NCBI GenBank assembly: GCA_002269645.1
Contig: NIVC01001409.1
Span: forward strand, 1-64,000
Direction: 5' to 3'
From: Macrostomum lignano
Lineage: Eukaryota
DNA length: 64,000 bases
Under the pieces are notes generated by a model, which saw nothing but the letters and a program-made list of their open reading frames with translations, was not told the origin of the DNA and did no database searches. The translations under genes were made by a program, and so were the position numbers. Positions 47,031 to 58,500 of the stretch are shown here, in pieces; position 1 is the first letter of the stretch; every line of letters starts with the position of its first letter.

Positions 47031-47534
47031 CTACTGACTGCTGAAGAAGTCAGCGTCAAATCCGCTGCTGACGACCAGCTCCGACTCCTTCTGCATGTCC
47101 TCCTTGATCTTCTGGATTGCAGCGCTGTCCGCGGTCTGCTGTTGCTGCTGCTCTGGCATCTGCGGAGGCGGCGGAGGCAGCGGCGGCGGCGGCGGCATTG
47201 ACGGGCCCGCCATCATGCGAGGGTCCTGCTGCTGCTGCTGCTGCGGCCAGGGCGGAGCCATCATCTGACCGCTGAAGCCGCCGCCGGAGCCGGGCCCGGT
47301 TGATCTCGGCGGCGGCGGCCGATACAGCCCCGGGCCGCCGGGCTGCTGCGGTGGCGGCGGCAGCCGCTGCTGCCCTCCGTTCGGCCCGACTGCCGGGCCT
47401 CTGACGCCGCTCGGCGACGACTGGGGTGGCATTGGCGGCGGCGGCGGAGGCGGCGGGAAGAAATCACCCGGCGGCGGCGGCGGTGGGTGCATCGATGGTG
47501 GCGGCGGAGGACCGCCGCAGGTGTTGGAAAAGTT
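47031..47534 (-). CDS. SSDP: SSDP/SSBP2-4 family, terminal exon 4 (Pro-rich)
   Basis: ctgcAG acceptor, phase 0; NFSNTCGG, poly-Pro, SAAIQKIKEDMQKE; TAG. Confidence 0.8.
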   Translation of the reverse strand, partial: NFSNTCGGPPPPPSMHPPPPPPGDFFPPPPPPPPMPPQSSPSGVRGPAVGPNGGQQRLPPPPQQPGGPGLYRPPPPRSTGPGSGGGFSGQMMAPPWPQQQQQQDPRMMAGPSMPPPPPLPPPPPQMPEQQQQQTADSAAIQKIKEDMQKESELVVSSGFDADFFSSQ

Positions 47535-47619
47535 CTGCAGAGCGAGTCGATGCGCGCGAATTGAAATACAGGTATGTTTAAACACTGAGAGTCTGGGAAA
47601 GCACACCACCGGCACTCAC

Positions 47620-47704
47620 ATAGTCGTGGAACGCTGTGGCCTCCCCCGAGTGCTCGCAGTTGTCTCGCCTCTCTGGCGCGGCGCAGTACAGATCCCAGAA
47701 TACG
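47620..47704 (-). CDS. SSDP: SSDP exon 3
   Basis: (C)[28 protein letters not shown]; canonical AG and GTGAGT. Confidence 0.95.
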
Positions 47705-47865
47705 CTGCGAGTTGATAAAAAATTAATTACTATTGAGAAGTGCCTACTCACTACTTGGAGCCAGAGAGTAGTACGATACGGATTTGTGGTAAAAATTTCT
47801 GTGTAATAATGCTAATTAACGAGATAAAATAATGAAGCAAAGCAATGCAGAGAAAAGCAGCTCAC

Positions 47866-48000
47866 CACCACCAGGAGCAGAGAAAGCCAGGCGGATCGCC
47901 CAGGGTGATGCTCTTGTCCCAGTGAATCTCTGACAGAAAAGTCTGTGCAGACTTCTGCGCCCCGATGTGCACCAGGTATTCATAGACATAAAGAGCAAGC
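47866..48000 (-). CDS. SSDP: SSDP exon 2 (LisH/LUFS domain)
   Basis: [44 protein letters not shown](C); canonical AG and GTGAGC. Confidence 0.97.
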
Positions 48001-48752
48001 CTGCAATGTGCAATCATGAGTAGGATAAAATCCAAGTCAATACAATCCAAGATATAAATTTTTCTAAGAAAGCATTTCATCTGGTTTTATTTGTAAATTT
48101 AATCCAATTTAACTTTTTTGGTCAAAATGGAAAACTATATTTTTATGGTATTTAAAAATACTTATTGATGCTGAGCAATACCTTCTGTAAGCCAAGTTGA
48201 AATACATTTCATTTAATAAACAAAACAAAAATTAAAGCAAAATATGATTATCATGTTTGAGCTTACATCTATAGAACTTTTGCCAGATGCTAAAGTCCAA
48301 TGAGCCTAGTTTTTTTAAGTCAAGCTCAAGTCAAGAAATAATAACAAAATTTTAGTAGTCAAATTATGCTCAAATAGTTGTGCTTGGCTATTATTAGACT
48401 ATTTAATTATAATACAATATGCATATACTTCAATAAAAGTTATTAACAAAGTATTACTTGATTTATATGGAAGAAGTACTATGTTTCTAGGAATGACTAG
48501 TTTAAAATAAGTGCAAAATATATATTTATTATAATGTATAAAATATTCTCAATTTATAAAATTTGTTAAAATACACACAATTTGTCTAGTATAAGAGTAG
48601 AATTTAGGAAGAAAGAACTAACCTTGAGCTAAGTTGCTCAAGCTTGCTAAAGCAAGTTAAATAAATTACTAAGCTTGTTAACTTGTGTTCTAGTTCAATA
48701 AATTCATTCTCAGACTTAAGTGTTATTCATTTATAGTAAAAGAGATTCCAAG

Positions 48753-49460
48753 CAGTCGCGGATTTAGAGGGGGGCGCACAGGGCATGCGCCCCCCATTGA
48801 GTTTGTTTTTTAAATTTTTTATATGGAAAATACACATTATCATGTACATATACTTGTACATGATATGAATATATATGTACCTTAGTAGTCTGCACCTAGG
48901 GATTGCAATCCCGGGATCCCGGGATCCCAAAATCCCGGGATTGGGCCTAAATCCCAGGATTTCCAGTCCCGGGATTCGGGACCCCAAATCCTGGGACTAA
49001 TATTTGTTAATATTTTTACAAAAAGTGTTGTAATATAAACATAATTAGGCCCTCAACTAGTTTATTATACTGCGCTAATTTCCGTTATTGCCTCACGTCA
49101 TGTGGCACCTTTTTAAACCCCGCATCACAGATTTAAATGTGAAATTAATTCCAATTTAAATTTTGATACGATTTGCTTCTTTACTACTAATTAGTACATT
49201 TATACTACTTACTTCAATAGGTCACAAGATAATGCTGTTTATCATCTACAAATAGATCATTATCCCTATAAAAATAAAAAAAGTAAGCAAAAAAGCATTT
49301 AGCGCACATTTTGCCTTAAAATTTCAACCTAGAAGCATAAAAATCTGTATTATTCTGATCCCGGGATTGGCCAAATCCCGGGCCAATCACAAATGATGAT
49401 TGCTCATTTTGCAATCCCTATCTGCGCCCCCCCGTTCAAAATTTTCTGGATCTGCTACTG
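48753..49460. mobile_element. hAT-type MITE (outer element of a nest)
   Basis: Ends CAGTCGCGGATTTAG / CTGGATCTGCTACTG; exact 8-bp TSD ATTCCAAG (48745-48752, 49461-49468). Confidence 0.85.
48897..49420. mobile_element. hAT-type MITE nested in the previous element
   Basis: Perfect 12-bp TIRs TAGGGATTGCAA / TTGCAATCCCTA; TSD TCTGCACC / TCTGCGCC (7/8); subterminal CCCGGGAT repeats. Confidence 0.85.
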
Positions 49461-49870
49461 ATTCCAAGGAGAAACAAGTTTAAAGAAATCTGCTAAAGAG
49501 GATTGGAAAACTTATGCAAAGACATACTAAGAGTACATTGTGACCCTCTAATCTTAGTAATGCCCAGACTAGAGAATTGTATACATACCATAAGACTACT
49601 TAGGCTAATCAGAATTATACCAAGATGCTATAACACTGCACTCTCAAATCTGTTATATGGTACACTGGAAAAGTGACCCCCTTCACCATATTTTAAGTTT
49701 ATACTAGAAAAACAAAGTTACTTATAGTACATATGCCAGACATTATCAAAGAAGTTGCAACAATAAAAGACCTTTCTTGCATTACAACATTTTGGTCTTT
49801 TGTATGCCAACAATTATGCCACTATATATAGGCTCTATGGTGCAATTTTCTGGTAGATTGTTCCCTATAC

Positions 49871-51244
49871 CAGACTTTATCTGCCACTGCCCAGTTTTCA
49901 CCAGGGCCAGGCTCATTCACCTCAGGCCAAACCCGGTGGTTCTCTCCGACATTTGCAGGCCTGAGAGCATCCCGCTGCTTGCCCGGTACCTCAGGGACAC
50001 GGGACAAGCTGATCTCTTCCCCACCACTGGTAAGGAGGACTACGCTGCAGGCGAGACTGACAGCGACATCACTTTGATGGAAGTCTTTGGTCGCCAGGGG
50101 CTAGTGGAATGGGTGGTCTCCAGTGGTGGGAGTGAGGAGTGCCCATTTTTTTCGCGCCTACGATTTTTTTTCGTGCCGCAAGTTTTTTTGTGTCAATCTT
50201 TTTTGCCATACATTGACTATATAATCCAGAACAGAATTTTCTAAGTCTGTGAATTTCTTGCTTGCGCTTTTCTCGTTTCGAATTTCGGAGAGGACACTCT
50301 TCTCGAGCTCTTCCCTCTTCTTGCGCTCCTCTTCTTGCTTCTCTTCTTCCAGCCGTCGGCGGTACGCAGCATAGGCGCTGTTGCACAGGTTCTGCAACCT
50401 AAGCAAGACTGGTAGCGTAGCAGCTGTCCAACATTTAGCAGCAAGGCAAGAGCGCGCAATGACTAGTGCCTTAATGGTGTGCACTCCAAGACTGGAGCGC
50501 TTCTTTGTAACGACATCATTAAGATTGCTGAAGTTACTAGCCAATTTGGATTCAATGTCTAACTCAGCAATCAGCACATCTTGTTGATGAGCACGAGCCT
50601 CAACTCACAATGTGTCGAGCTCGCTTGCTGTCATGATCGTTGGTAGCTGCCTGGCAATGGTATCAACCCACTGAACAAACCGATCGTTTGTCTGCTTTTT
50701 CGGATCCAGCAGTTGGCAGGCACGAAGAGTGGAGCTGCTCAGCGGCAAATATTCAAAGAGTTTCTCTGTTCCCTTTACAAAGAACGCTTTCACCGAAGCT
50801 AGACAGGCCTGTTGGTCACTAGCAGACATCTCAATGAAGAGACGCCTGGCCTGCTCCCCATGCCGATTTGCAGATGGGGCAGCCAAATCGAACTGTCCTT
50901 TAAATCCAGCTTCCAGACTTTGGCGGGTAGTTTGACTGGCGAGACAAAGCGCAACAGCTAGCAGCGTGTCAGGTCATTCAAGTTTACAAGTGAAAGTACA
51001 GCTGTAGGAGACACTGGGGTGTGGCAGTCACTGGCAAAGTAAAGCAAAATCAGCTAACATTTTTCGCACATTGAGCATTAAAAAAATCGCGCCTCGCCTC
51101 AGAAATTGCACATTCGCACCATTAATCCTGAAATTCGCACCAGGCGCGAATTTGCGCCTCACTCCCATCACTGGTGGTCTCCTCCGCCTCCTCGCTGCAT
51201 CCGCTGGACGCCCCCTGCACAGCTAAGTCAAGTAAGTCAAGTCT
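49871..51244 (+). mobile_element. 3' fragment of a non-LTR retrotransposon (R1/LOA/I-like), interrupted by a hAT element
   Basis: DFICHCPVFTRARL...LARYLRDTG resembles the C-terminal CCHC region of LINE ORF2; sequence resumes after 51173 and ends in an (AAGTC)-like tail at 51224-51244. Confidence 0.55.
50121..51173 (-). mobile_element. Internally deleted hAT transposon with transposase remnants
   Basis: TIRs CAGTGGTGGGAGTGAGG / CCTCACTCCCATCACTG (16/17); exact TSD GTGGTCTC. Minus-strand fragments FFVKGTEKLFEYLP...LDP and FSNLNDVVTKKRSSL...IKAL resemble the hAT dimerisation region. Confidence 0.88.
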
Positions 51245-52292
51245 CTATACTAGATATTTTATACTAACCCTTTTTCTATATCTATTCTACATCAGAATTT
51301 TCTAGCATATATATAAGATTTGGGAGTGGGAGTGGGATGCTATCAGAATTAACCCATAGTTTGGAAGGAAATATGTATGCTAGGAGGGTTTTTGCCATTT
51401 TTCAATGTATATCAATATATATCTTAGCATACATGACATATTAGAAATTTTTTGGCTTATATCTATGGTATACTTGTATACATATTAGAATCAAATGAAT
51501 TCACTTTATGTAAAAAATGCTTTATGCAATACCATCAATATGGAACAAGGAATAATATTTTTTTGCTTAAAAACTTTTTTTCAATTTTAAGCAAATAAAA
51601 ATTATTTAAAGTATTTTTTTTATAATTGTCCTTTCTCAATGCACATTGCAAAAGTGCATAATTTTTTAGTTTATCACTCTGCATAAATAATGAATTCCCC
51701 CCCCCACTGGACCTAGTATACACTAATATATGATCCAAACTATAGACTAACACACTACTAAATTATACTAAGATGCTTATTAAAACTATACTAAGATGCT
51801 TCTAGAACTATATGCTATTAGAAATATGCTGGGACTTATGCAAAGATCATAATAGCATAAGCCAGAACAAAAATTTAGGAAACAATCTGTATATTGATCA
51901 ATATCAATATCACTATCAGCATTATAATATAACCCTATTAATATTATAATTAGGCCTTTTTTGCAACTAAATTTTCAAACTTTTATTGCATTTTTTATTT
52001 CTAATAATATTTGATGTTTGCATATTCAGGCTGCAACAGCAAAAATTAGTTTTGTTAATGACAGCATCAAAAAATTCTAATGAATTTATTTCGTTTTATG
52101 AAGTTTTATCTTCATATCTTCATCTATTAAACTTGCAGAAAATGTAACTATGAAGCGACTATAAACAAATAATAATAAAGTCATGAATTCCTAAGGATAG
52201 CCTCCTTAACAAAGACATGCGGCCTAATGTCGAGTGGATTGTTAAATTAGGCCTACATACTAATAGAACAAGCAAGGCACAAGAACACTTAC

Positions 52293-52348
52293 TTTTCTTG
52301 AGCCTGGGCATCAGATGGTACACTGTTTGCTTTACCTTTGGCATACAT
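52293..52348 (-). CDS. SSDP: SSDP exon 1
   Basis: MYAKGKANSVPSDAQAQE(K), matching the SSBP N-terminus; GTAAGT donor, phase 2, fits exon 2. Total CDS 780 nt. Confidence 0.93.
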
Positions 52349-53056
52349 TTATTATTGTTACTAATAATTGATGTTTATCCTAATGAAATATTCCTGATTA
52401 ATCACACCAACTATCTCAACTTGACTAGCGAGCGCACTTGACTTGAATATTTGAAAAAAAGTAGTCCGTCTGCCCAAGGATCCATGAAAAATGAATCAAA
52501 AACGAAAAGTTAAAAAACAAAAAACACAAACTTTTTTATGTAATGGCTAGGGATACAAAGAAAATTAATTATGAATGAAAATCTATGAATAAAATGCATA
52601 TAGTTTGATTTTTGTTGCTATGGTAGTATAATATATTAAAAAGTTTGTTTTAACATCATCCGTGTCTTTTGGATCTTTTAGATTATATATATAATCTAAT
52701 AGAAATTTTCACACTATGGGTTGTTTTGTGCATTTCGATAAGAAGAAATAAATGTATATTTCGATCTGGACGGCCAGTCCGATTTGAAACGACGCAAACA
52801 ATGCCTACTCTACCGACATTACCGTTATATAGCTGCTGTTTGGCTTTTATTGATCGTCGTGGTGAAAAGACCAGTCAAGTCCATTAATTTTTTAATATTA
52901 TTGTATCAAGTTAAAAATGTTCAACAAGCTTTACCAAAATGAAGCGCTTATATCATAAAATAATCCGAAACTCTATGCATAGCAGAAAGCAGGAACACCA
53001 GCTCAAGTGATGATATATAGGACAGCACTTGGCAATTTACTCTCTCGCATTCCGAT

Positions 53057-53107
53057 CAGGCGCTGGCTTTGTCCCCCCCCCCAACAAAATCTATGGCGAC
53101 GCCCTTG
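53057..53107. mobile_element. 51-bp collapsed MITE remnant
   Basis: CAGG...TGGCGACGCCCTTG flanked by exact 8-bp ATTCCGAT (53049-53056, 53108-53115); right end matches 60505-60545. Confidence 0.7.
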
Positions 53108-53957
53108 ATTCCGATTACTTGCAGTACTATATAGCCTGACAAAAACGATACGACGCATTTTTCTGGGCCATCGATTTCTGTTATCTAAAATAGCTACTGA
53201 AATTATCATATTGTACACTTCCCCAAAAAAGTTTAAAACAAAGCTATGCAATAAAAGATTAACAGAATGGCGCGAAACGCGTGCTTAGCATTAGCAGCCT
53301 GTCTGACATTATATTTTCAATAATAAATAACGAACCAAAACTTATTTGGCGTGTGCGCGCTATGTTACAGGGTGGCATCAGTTCCAGTGCATCAGGTTGT
53401 TGCCAGCTGGACACAGCAGATTTAATTGGTGTTTAATCTACTGCACTCGAAACAATAGCAGGAATCAGTTGGTAAGTGGCCGGGCATTGCGCGCCAGTGG
53501 GTCAGAGGGTCATAATTAACAAGCAAGCCTATTTTACAAGAAACACAAAGACAATCATCAGAGAACTGCAAAATCTCGCGACTGGACTTGACAAATACAC
53601 TGTGTGACAGCAGAATTTGACAACAAAGGTGCACAGAACACAAATCAGTTCACTGTGACAAAATATGCAGCATCAACTATTTTAGGTAAAGCAGTTGTAT
53701 AAAATATATGTGGCATGCGTCTGTGCAAACAAGCGACAGGCATTTGCAGGCAAAATATTCTTTTATAAATTAACCAATTTAGAGCAATGGGAGCCGCTTG
53801 AGTGCCGCAATCTCAACTTCAACTCAGCAAACTGCGTGCGACACAATTAGCGTTACAAAAAAGAGATTTCTTGTGCAAAAGCTGTCACGGGTCAGGGGAA
53901 CTAACATCTCTGATGCCTCCTTTCCACCATCAGTGTCAGGGACAAGCCGTCAGTCAG

Positions 53958-55535
53958 TCACTCGGCAGCGCCAACGGGGCTGCCATTCCGCAGCTGTTCC
54001 GGCTCCGACTTCAGCTCGCCGCGGCTGCCGGCCACCGTCCAGATTGGCGGCGACGCTGATGGCGAGTCGCTGGCGCCACCGCCGCTGCTGCTCATCGACA
54101 CCGCGGCCGCGGCGGCTGCTGCTGCGGCTGCGGCTGCGGCGGCCGAAGGCTTGAGGCCGGCCGCCCACATCTGCTGTAGACCGGCCATGGGCACCATAGA
54201 CGGGAAGCAGCCCAGGTGGCCGGAGTGCGGCGGCAGCGTCTGCTGATGCTGCGAGCCGGCCAGCAGGGCCTCAGCCGACGGGCTGTGGGCGGGCGCCGGC
54301 CTCAGCGAGAAGTGCATCTTCAGGTGCGACATGATGTTGCTGACCACCGGGTACCGGTTCTTGGCCACGGAGAAGCGCACCGCAGAGGTGCGGTCCCGCT
54401 TCACCTTGCACAGGTGGCAGTGGTACACCCCCGACACCCGGCGGCCGCCGTCCTCGCCGCCAGGCTGCACCTCCAACTGAATGTCGAAGTCGACGCCCTC
54501 GGTGAGCTGGGCGGAGTCGAACTGCTTGGAGCTGAGCCTCAGCACGGAGGCAGCCGACCTGGCCCGCAGTTTCTCCAGGTCCACATCGCCGCCACAGCTG
54601 ATGCCGAAGTCCGCCAGCATCAGCGCCTGGGAGCCGTCGGGCGGGGAGCCCGCAACGCCGTTGCCACCGCCGCCGGTGCCTCCAACAGCTGCGCCAGCGG
54701 TCGAGGTGTCGCCGGAGACCGACGACGGCGTTTCGTCTGGAGTCAGCGGAGCCCGCGGCTGGGATGGCGGCGGCGGCGGCTGCTGGGGTTGATGGTGATG
54801 AAGACGCAGAGGCTGAGTTACAGGCAGCTGAGCCTGCTGAGTCGGGGAGCTTTGCTGCTGTTGCTGCTGTCTTCTAGCAGATGTAACTTGCTGCTGCTGC
54901 TGCTGTTGCTGCTTGCTAGTGAAGGCAGGCAATCCCAGCGGGTGCGATTGAAGATGATGATGCTGTTGCTGCTGCTGTTGTTGCTGCTGCTGCTGTTGCT
55001 GTTGGATCTGGTTGAAGAAATCCGAGATGCCGCCAGCGCCAACGCCGCCACCGCCGCCGCCGACGCCGCCCGCCATTACCGGCAGGGGCGGCAGGGGGAA
55101 GCCGCAGAGGGCGGGGTGGCCGCCAAGGCTCATGCAGGCCGCCAGGAGCTGCTGCTGCGCCTCCGCTGACAGGGCCTCCAGCCCGGTGCTCAGCTGCGGC
55201 TGCGGCGGACTCTCGGACTCAGACTCGGTCTGCGTGGCCTTGTCCAGCCGCTCCCGTAGTCCCTGTACGCCCACCAGGATGCCCTTCCTCGTCCCGGCCG
55301 GGAAGCGGAACTGGTCCGGACAGTCGGCGAAAATCTGGCCGACGTAAGCGACCCGCTCCTCCTGCGGCATCAGCTGACAGGCGTCGCGGACGAAGCGCTC
55401 AACGTTGTCGATCTCGGCGTCCGTCAGGCCCTGCAGGACGCGGGCGTTGGCGTAGCCGCAGAGCTCCAGGCAGTTGATGGCGGCGCTGGACTGGCCGGTG
55501 TAGCGGCCGAGCAGCTCTCGGCAGGTGTCGTCCAT
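53958..55535 (-). CDS. Uncharacterised Q/A/P-rich protein (525 aa) with an N-terminal helical domain and a BED-like C2H2 finger
   Basis: ccctacAG acceptor just upstream of ATG 55535; GC-rich codon style like the neighbouring genes; YHCHLC-x-SNIMSHLKMH finger; poly-Q and poly-A tracts. Confidence 0.8.
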   Translation of the reverse strand: MDDTCRELLGRYTGQSSAAINCLELCGYANARVLQGLTDAEIDNVERFVRDACQLMPQEERVAYVGQIFADCPDQFRFPAGTRKGILVGVQGLRERLDKATQTESESESPPQPQLSTGLEALSAEAQQQLLAACMSLGGHPALCGFPLPPLPVMAGGVGGGGGGVGAGGISDFFNQIQQQQQQQQQQQQQQHHHLQSHPLGLPAFTSKQQQQQQQQVTSARRQQQQQQSSPTQQAQLPVTQPLRLHHHQPQQPPPPPSQPRAPLTPDETPSSVSGDTSTAGAAVGGTGGGGNGVAGSPPDGSQALMLADFGISCGGDVDLEKLRARSAASVLRLSSKQFDSAQLTEGVDFDIQLEVQPGGEDGGRRVSGVYHCHLCKVKRDRTSAVRFSVAKNRYPVVSNIMSHLKMHFSLRPAPAHSPSAEALLAGSQHQQTLPPHSGHLGCFPSMVPMAGLQQMWAAGLKPSAAAAAAAAAAAAAAVSMSSSGGGASDSPSASPPIWTVAGSRGELKSEPEQLRNGSPVGAAE

Positions 55536-58500
55536 GGCGGGCTGTAGGGGTGAGAGGATTTGAGGGGCATCTTTGTTTGCGCTCTGCGATGTAATAAAAT
55601 AAATTTTCATCCCACAACCAGCGCTGACTCCTGCAGAGCACATGCGAGTGCGCGGACACTGTACACAAGCATGCACTCATTCACACGCTCACACAAGGTG
55701 TACAGTGGTCCGGACTTACTAATCATCAGGCATGTACACTTTCAGTGCCTTGGGGCTGGCTCTCTCGTCAAACTACGCTCGTAGAACTTTCAGAACCGGG
55801 GGGATCTGGACACCCCCAATTTTTGCTGGGATCTCGGGATTTCCGGGGCCGAAATCCCAGTCCTCTAGGACAGGGAATGGCAAGCTCCGGCACGCGAAGT
55901 CTCTATCCGGCCCTCGGGTCCTATGAAACTTCACAATGGGCATTAGCAATCCGGCCCGATCAAAGTTTGTATCTCTTCTCAGCTCTCTTCTCTCTCTATC
56001 ATGCGCGAGCGATGCGTCTGAGTGCAGAATCGAACCCGAGATCGCCACTGCGCTATACTCTGCTGCGATCGCTGCGAGTAAATAACACTAATGAGGGAGA
56101 CAGCGGCTTAATGACAAAGCAAAACTTAATACAGGACTTGAGACAACTTTGGCGGCAGAACTAAAAATATACCCGGATGAGCTGTTCCGTGCGTCAGTGA
56201 GCAACCGAGCAGCTGATTTATTGTTACAAAAGCGTCTTCTAGAAGCAAGCGGGCCGGTCAGGTTATAATTAGGCAAGACTGAGATTACAGGGCTCACAGC
56301 TGCGGTGTTCTAAAAAAATCTTGCAAAAGACAATCCAGGCAAAAAAAGATTTTTTTAACATTTTCAGATGTCTCGCTATTAAAATAGCAGAATACATGTT
56401 TGCGGACAGGCAGCGGGAGCTGGCCTGGGAGCTGCGCAATACGAACTGTGGATCTGCGACATCAAGATAGATGATTATCCCCCACCCCCCACCTTCGAGC
56501 TGCTCCGAATGTTTTGCGCGCAGCCGCCGTCTACCTGCGGACCCCTCGCCCATAACTACCTGGCTAATAAGCTGAATGAAATTGAACAGCAAACTTTTCA
56601 ATGGGGATCTGTGCACATCAATAATTGGGCATATGATGGAGCTGCGTCACGCAGGCTGCTGCAGAGTCTCGAGGCCAGCTCAAACTCGCCCCCACCCCCC
56701 AATTTGATTTGATGGAGCAAAAAAATGGAACACAAATTCGCCTCGGCGGCGGCTGCAAAAACATCCCTGAACTGGGTATGGCGCTTATTCTCATCCCATT
56801 TCCTTCAACTCACCCCCCAAAAAAGTCGAGCTAGGCTATAGGGGTGGCCAGCGCATGTAATAAATTCTGAGCAAAATCGCATGACAACCCGAGCGGGTTT
56901 AATTATTAGATTTACTGACTGCCTGAGCTCGGCGGAGGGTGGGGTGGGGGCGCCGCATAGGGAGAGAGTTATCCGGCATAATCACTCACTAACGGTAATA
57001 ATAATTACAGCCTCGGTATTATATTAATTATAGTTGAGGCAGGACCGATCGGAGGGGGGGGGGGTTGCGGCCACTGCGGCGCGCTTAATTACCATGTAGT
57101 TGATTGGATTTTTTGCCTGGGCCCACAGAGAGCGAATGTGTGTGTGTGTGTGCGCGCACACAGCAGAGCGACCTTGCGACTAGAAATTGTTATAACTAGC
57201 TCTAAGCCAGTGCAGTCACACAGAGCTCAGCCATCATCTTCTAGGCCTGCAGTGCTTGTTCAGTGGCTCCGAGCTGGATGGAGTGCTGCTGCTCCAGCTG
57301 AGTGAGTCAGCTGCCACTCGGTCCCTGATCCACTACAGCAACTTAACCGAGCCACTAACTGCTCTGAGTTGTAAGCTCGGGCGCAGTTTGCTAGTAATTA
57401 TATGACTCCAGTGACAAACTCGAAGTCATTATATTATTATATACTAAGTGGAATTAACTCAATTTGAGCCTAACAAAACCGAAATTCGAGTTTGTTTATC
57501 TGTGGCGCATTTCTATTCAGCCACAAATTATCGCTCGAAATTGAATTCAAATTGGCTCCAATTCGTAGAAAGCCAACAATTACGGGTATGCAAAGCCGGA
57601 AGAAATTTGATAATAAAATAATGTGATCGATAGTTGTACAATAAATGCCTGAGGCTGAGCAAGTGAGCTTAGTGGAGGCTGGTGGATCATTCTTCATCAC
57701 ATTACGCATAAAGGTTGCGGCCGCATCAACTTTGCTTGGCCGAACATTCGAAATCTAATTGGTGCTCTGCACAAGTTTTTGGTCTTCCTTCCTACAAGGA
57801 GCCCCTTTGCTCATCGCATTGCTCTCACGGCCAATGCAAAGCAATGACTTGCATAGTAAAAGGCGCAGGCCCAGGGGCGCATGTTTGTGTGCTAGCTGGA
57901 CTGACTTAATTTAATTAGCTCTTTGTCTGCCTTCTGTGCCTGTCTTTCGGGCCCTGCTTGCAAAGCAGTTTTGCACTGCCTCTGACTCGGCTCCTCTCCC
58001 TCTCTCCCCTCGCTTCTTTGGGTTCGAATTCGGGAGAGAGAGAGAGAATTGACTAAAACCTTTTCAGTTCGGTTCGGCCCGTCTCACTCCGCCGCGAGTT
58101 TTATTATTCAATTTATTACTGGTTATTGGAGTTAGTCATGGCTGCGGCGGAGGGGGGGGTTTCGGGCGGGGAATTTGATTAATTCCCCTCTTTCTCCTCT
58201 CCCGAGCGCGATGGGGGGTTTTTATTACCTAATTTATATTTGCATATGCCAGGCCTCGCATGTTTATCAGGGGGGTCGGGCGCGTGGGAATGGGGAGGGC
58301 GGCCCTACAGATCCCCCCAGTCCCATGTTGGCAATATTCTGGAGCCCCAAACAATTTTATAGGGCCCCAGGCCAGGCATCTGGGATCTGATCGGCTCTGG
58401 CAGGGATAAAACTGAATAAGGATTTCAAATATAGTTGAACTGACTGATTTCAGTTTGAGGTCAGGGAATTTTTAATGGCTAAGGTGTACCGCCCGGCCTG

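Noticed and set aside
53003-53060. Candidate SSDP exon 1 (DRNARE-like)
   Set aside because: A far better match (MYAKGK...DAQAQEK with GTAAGT) exists at 52293-52348.
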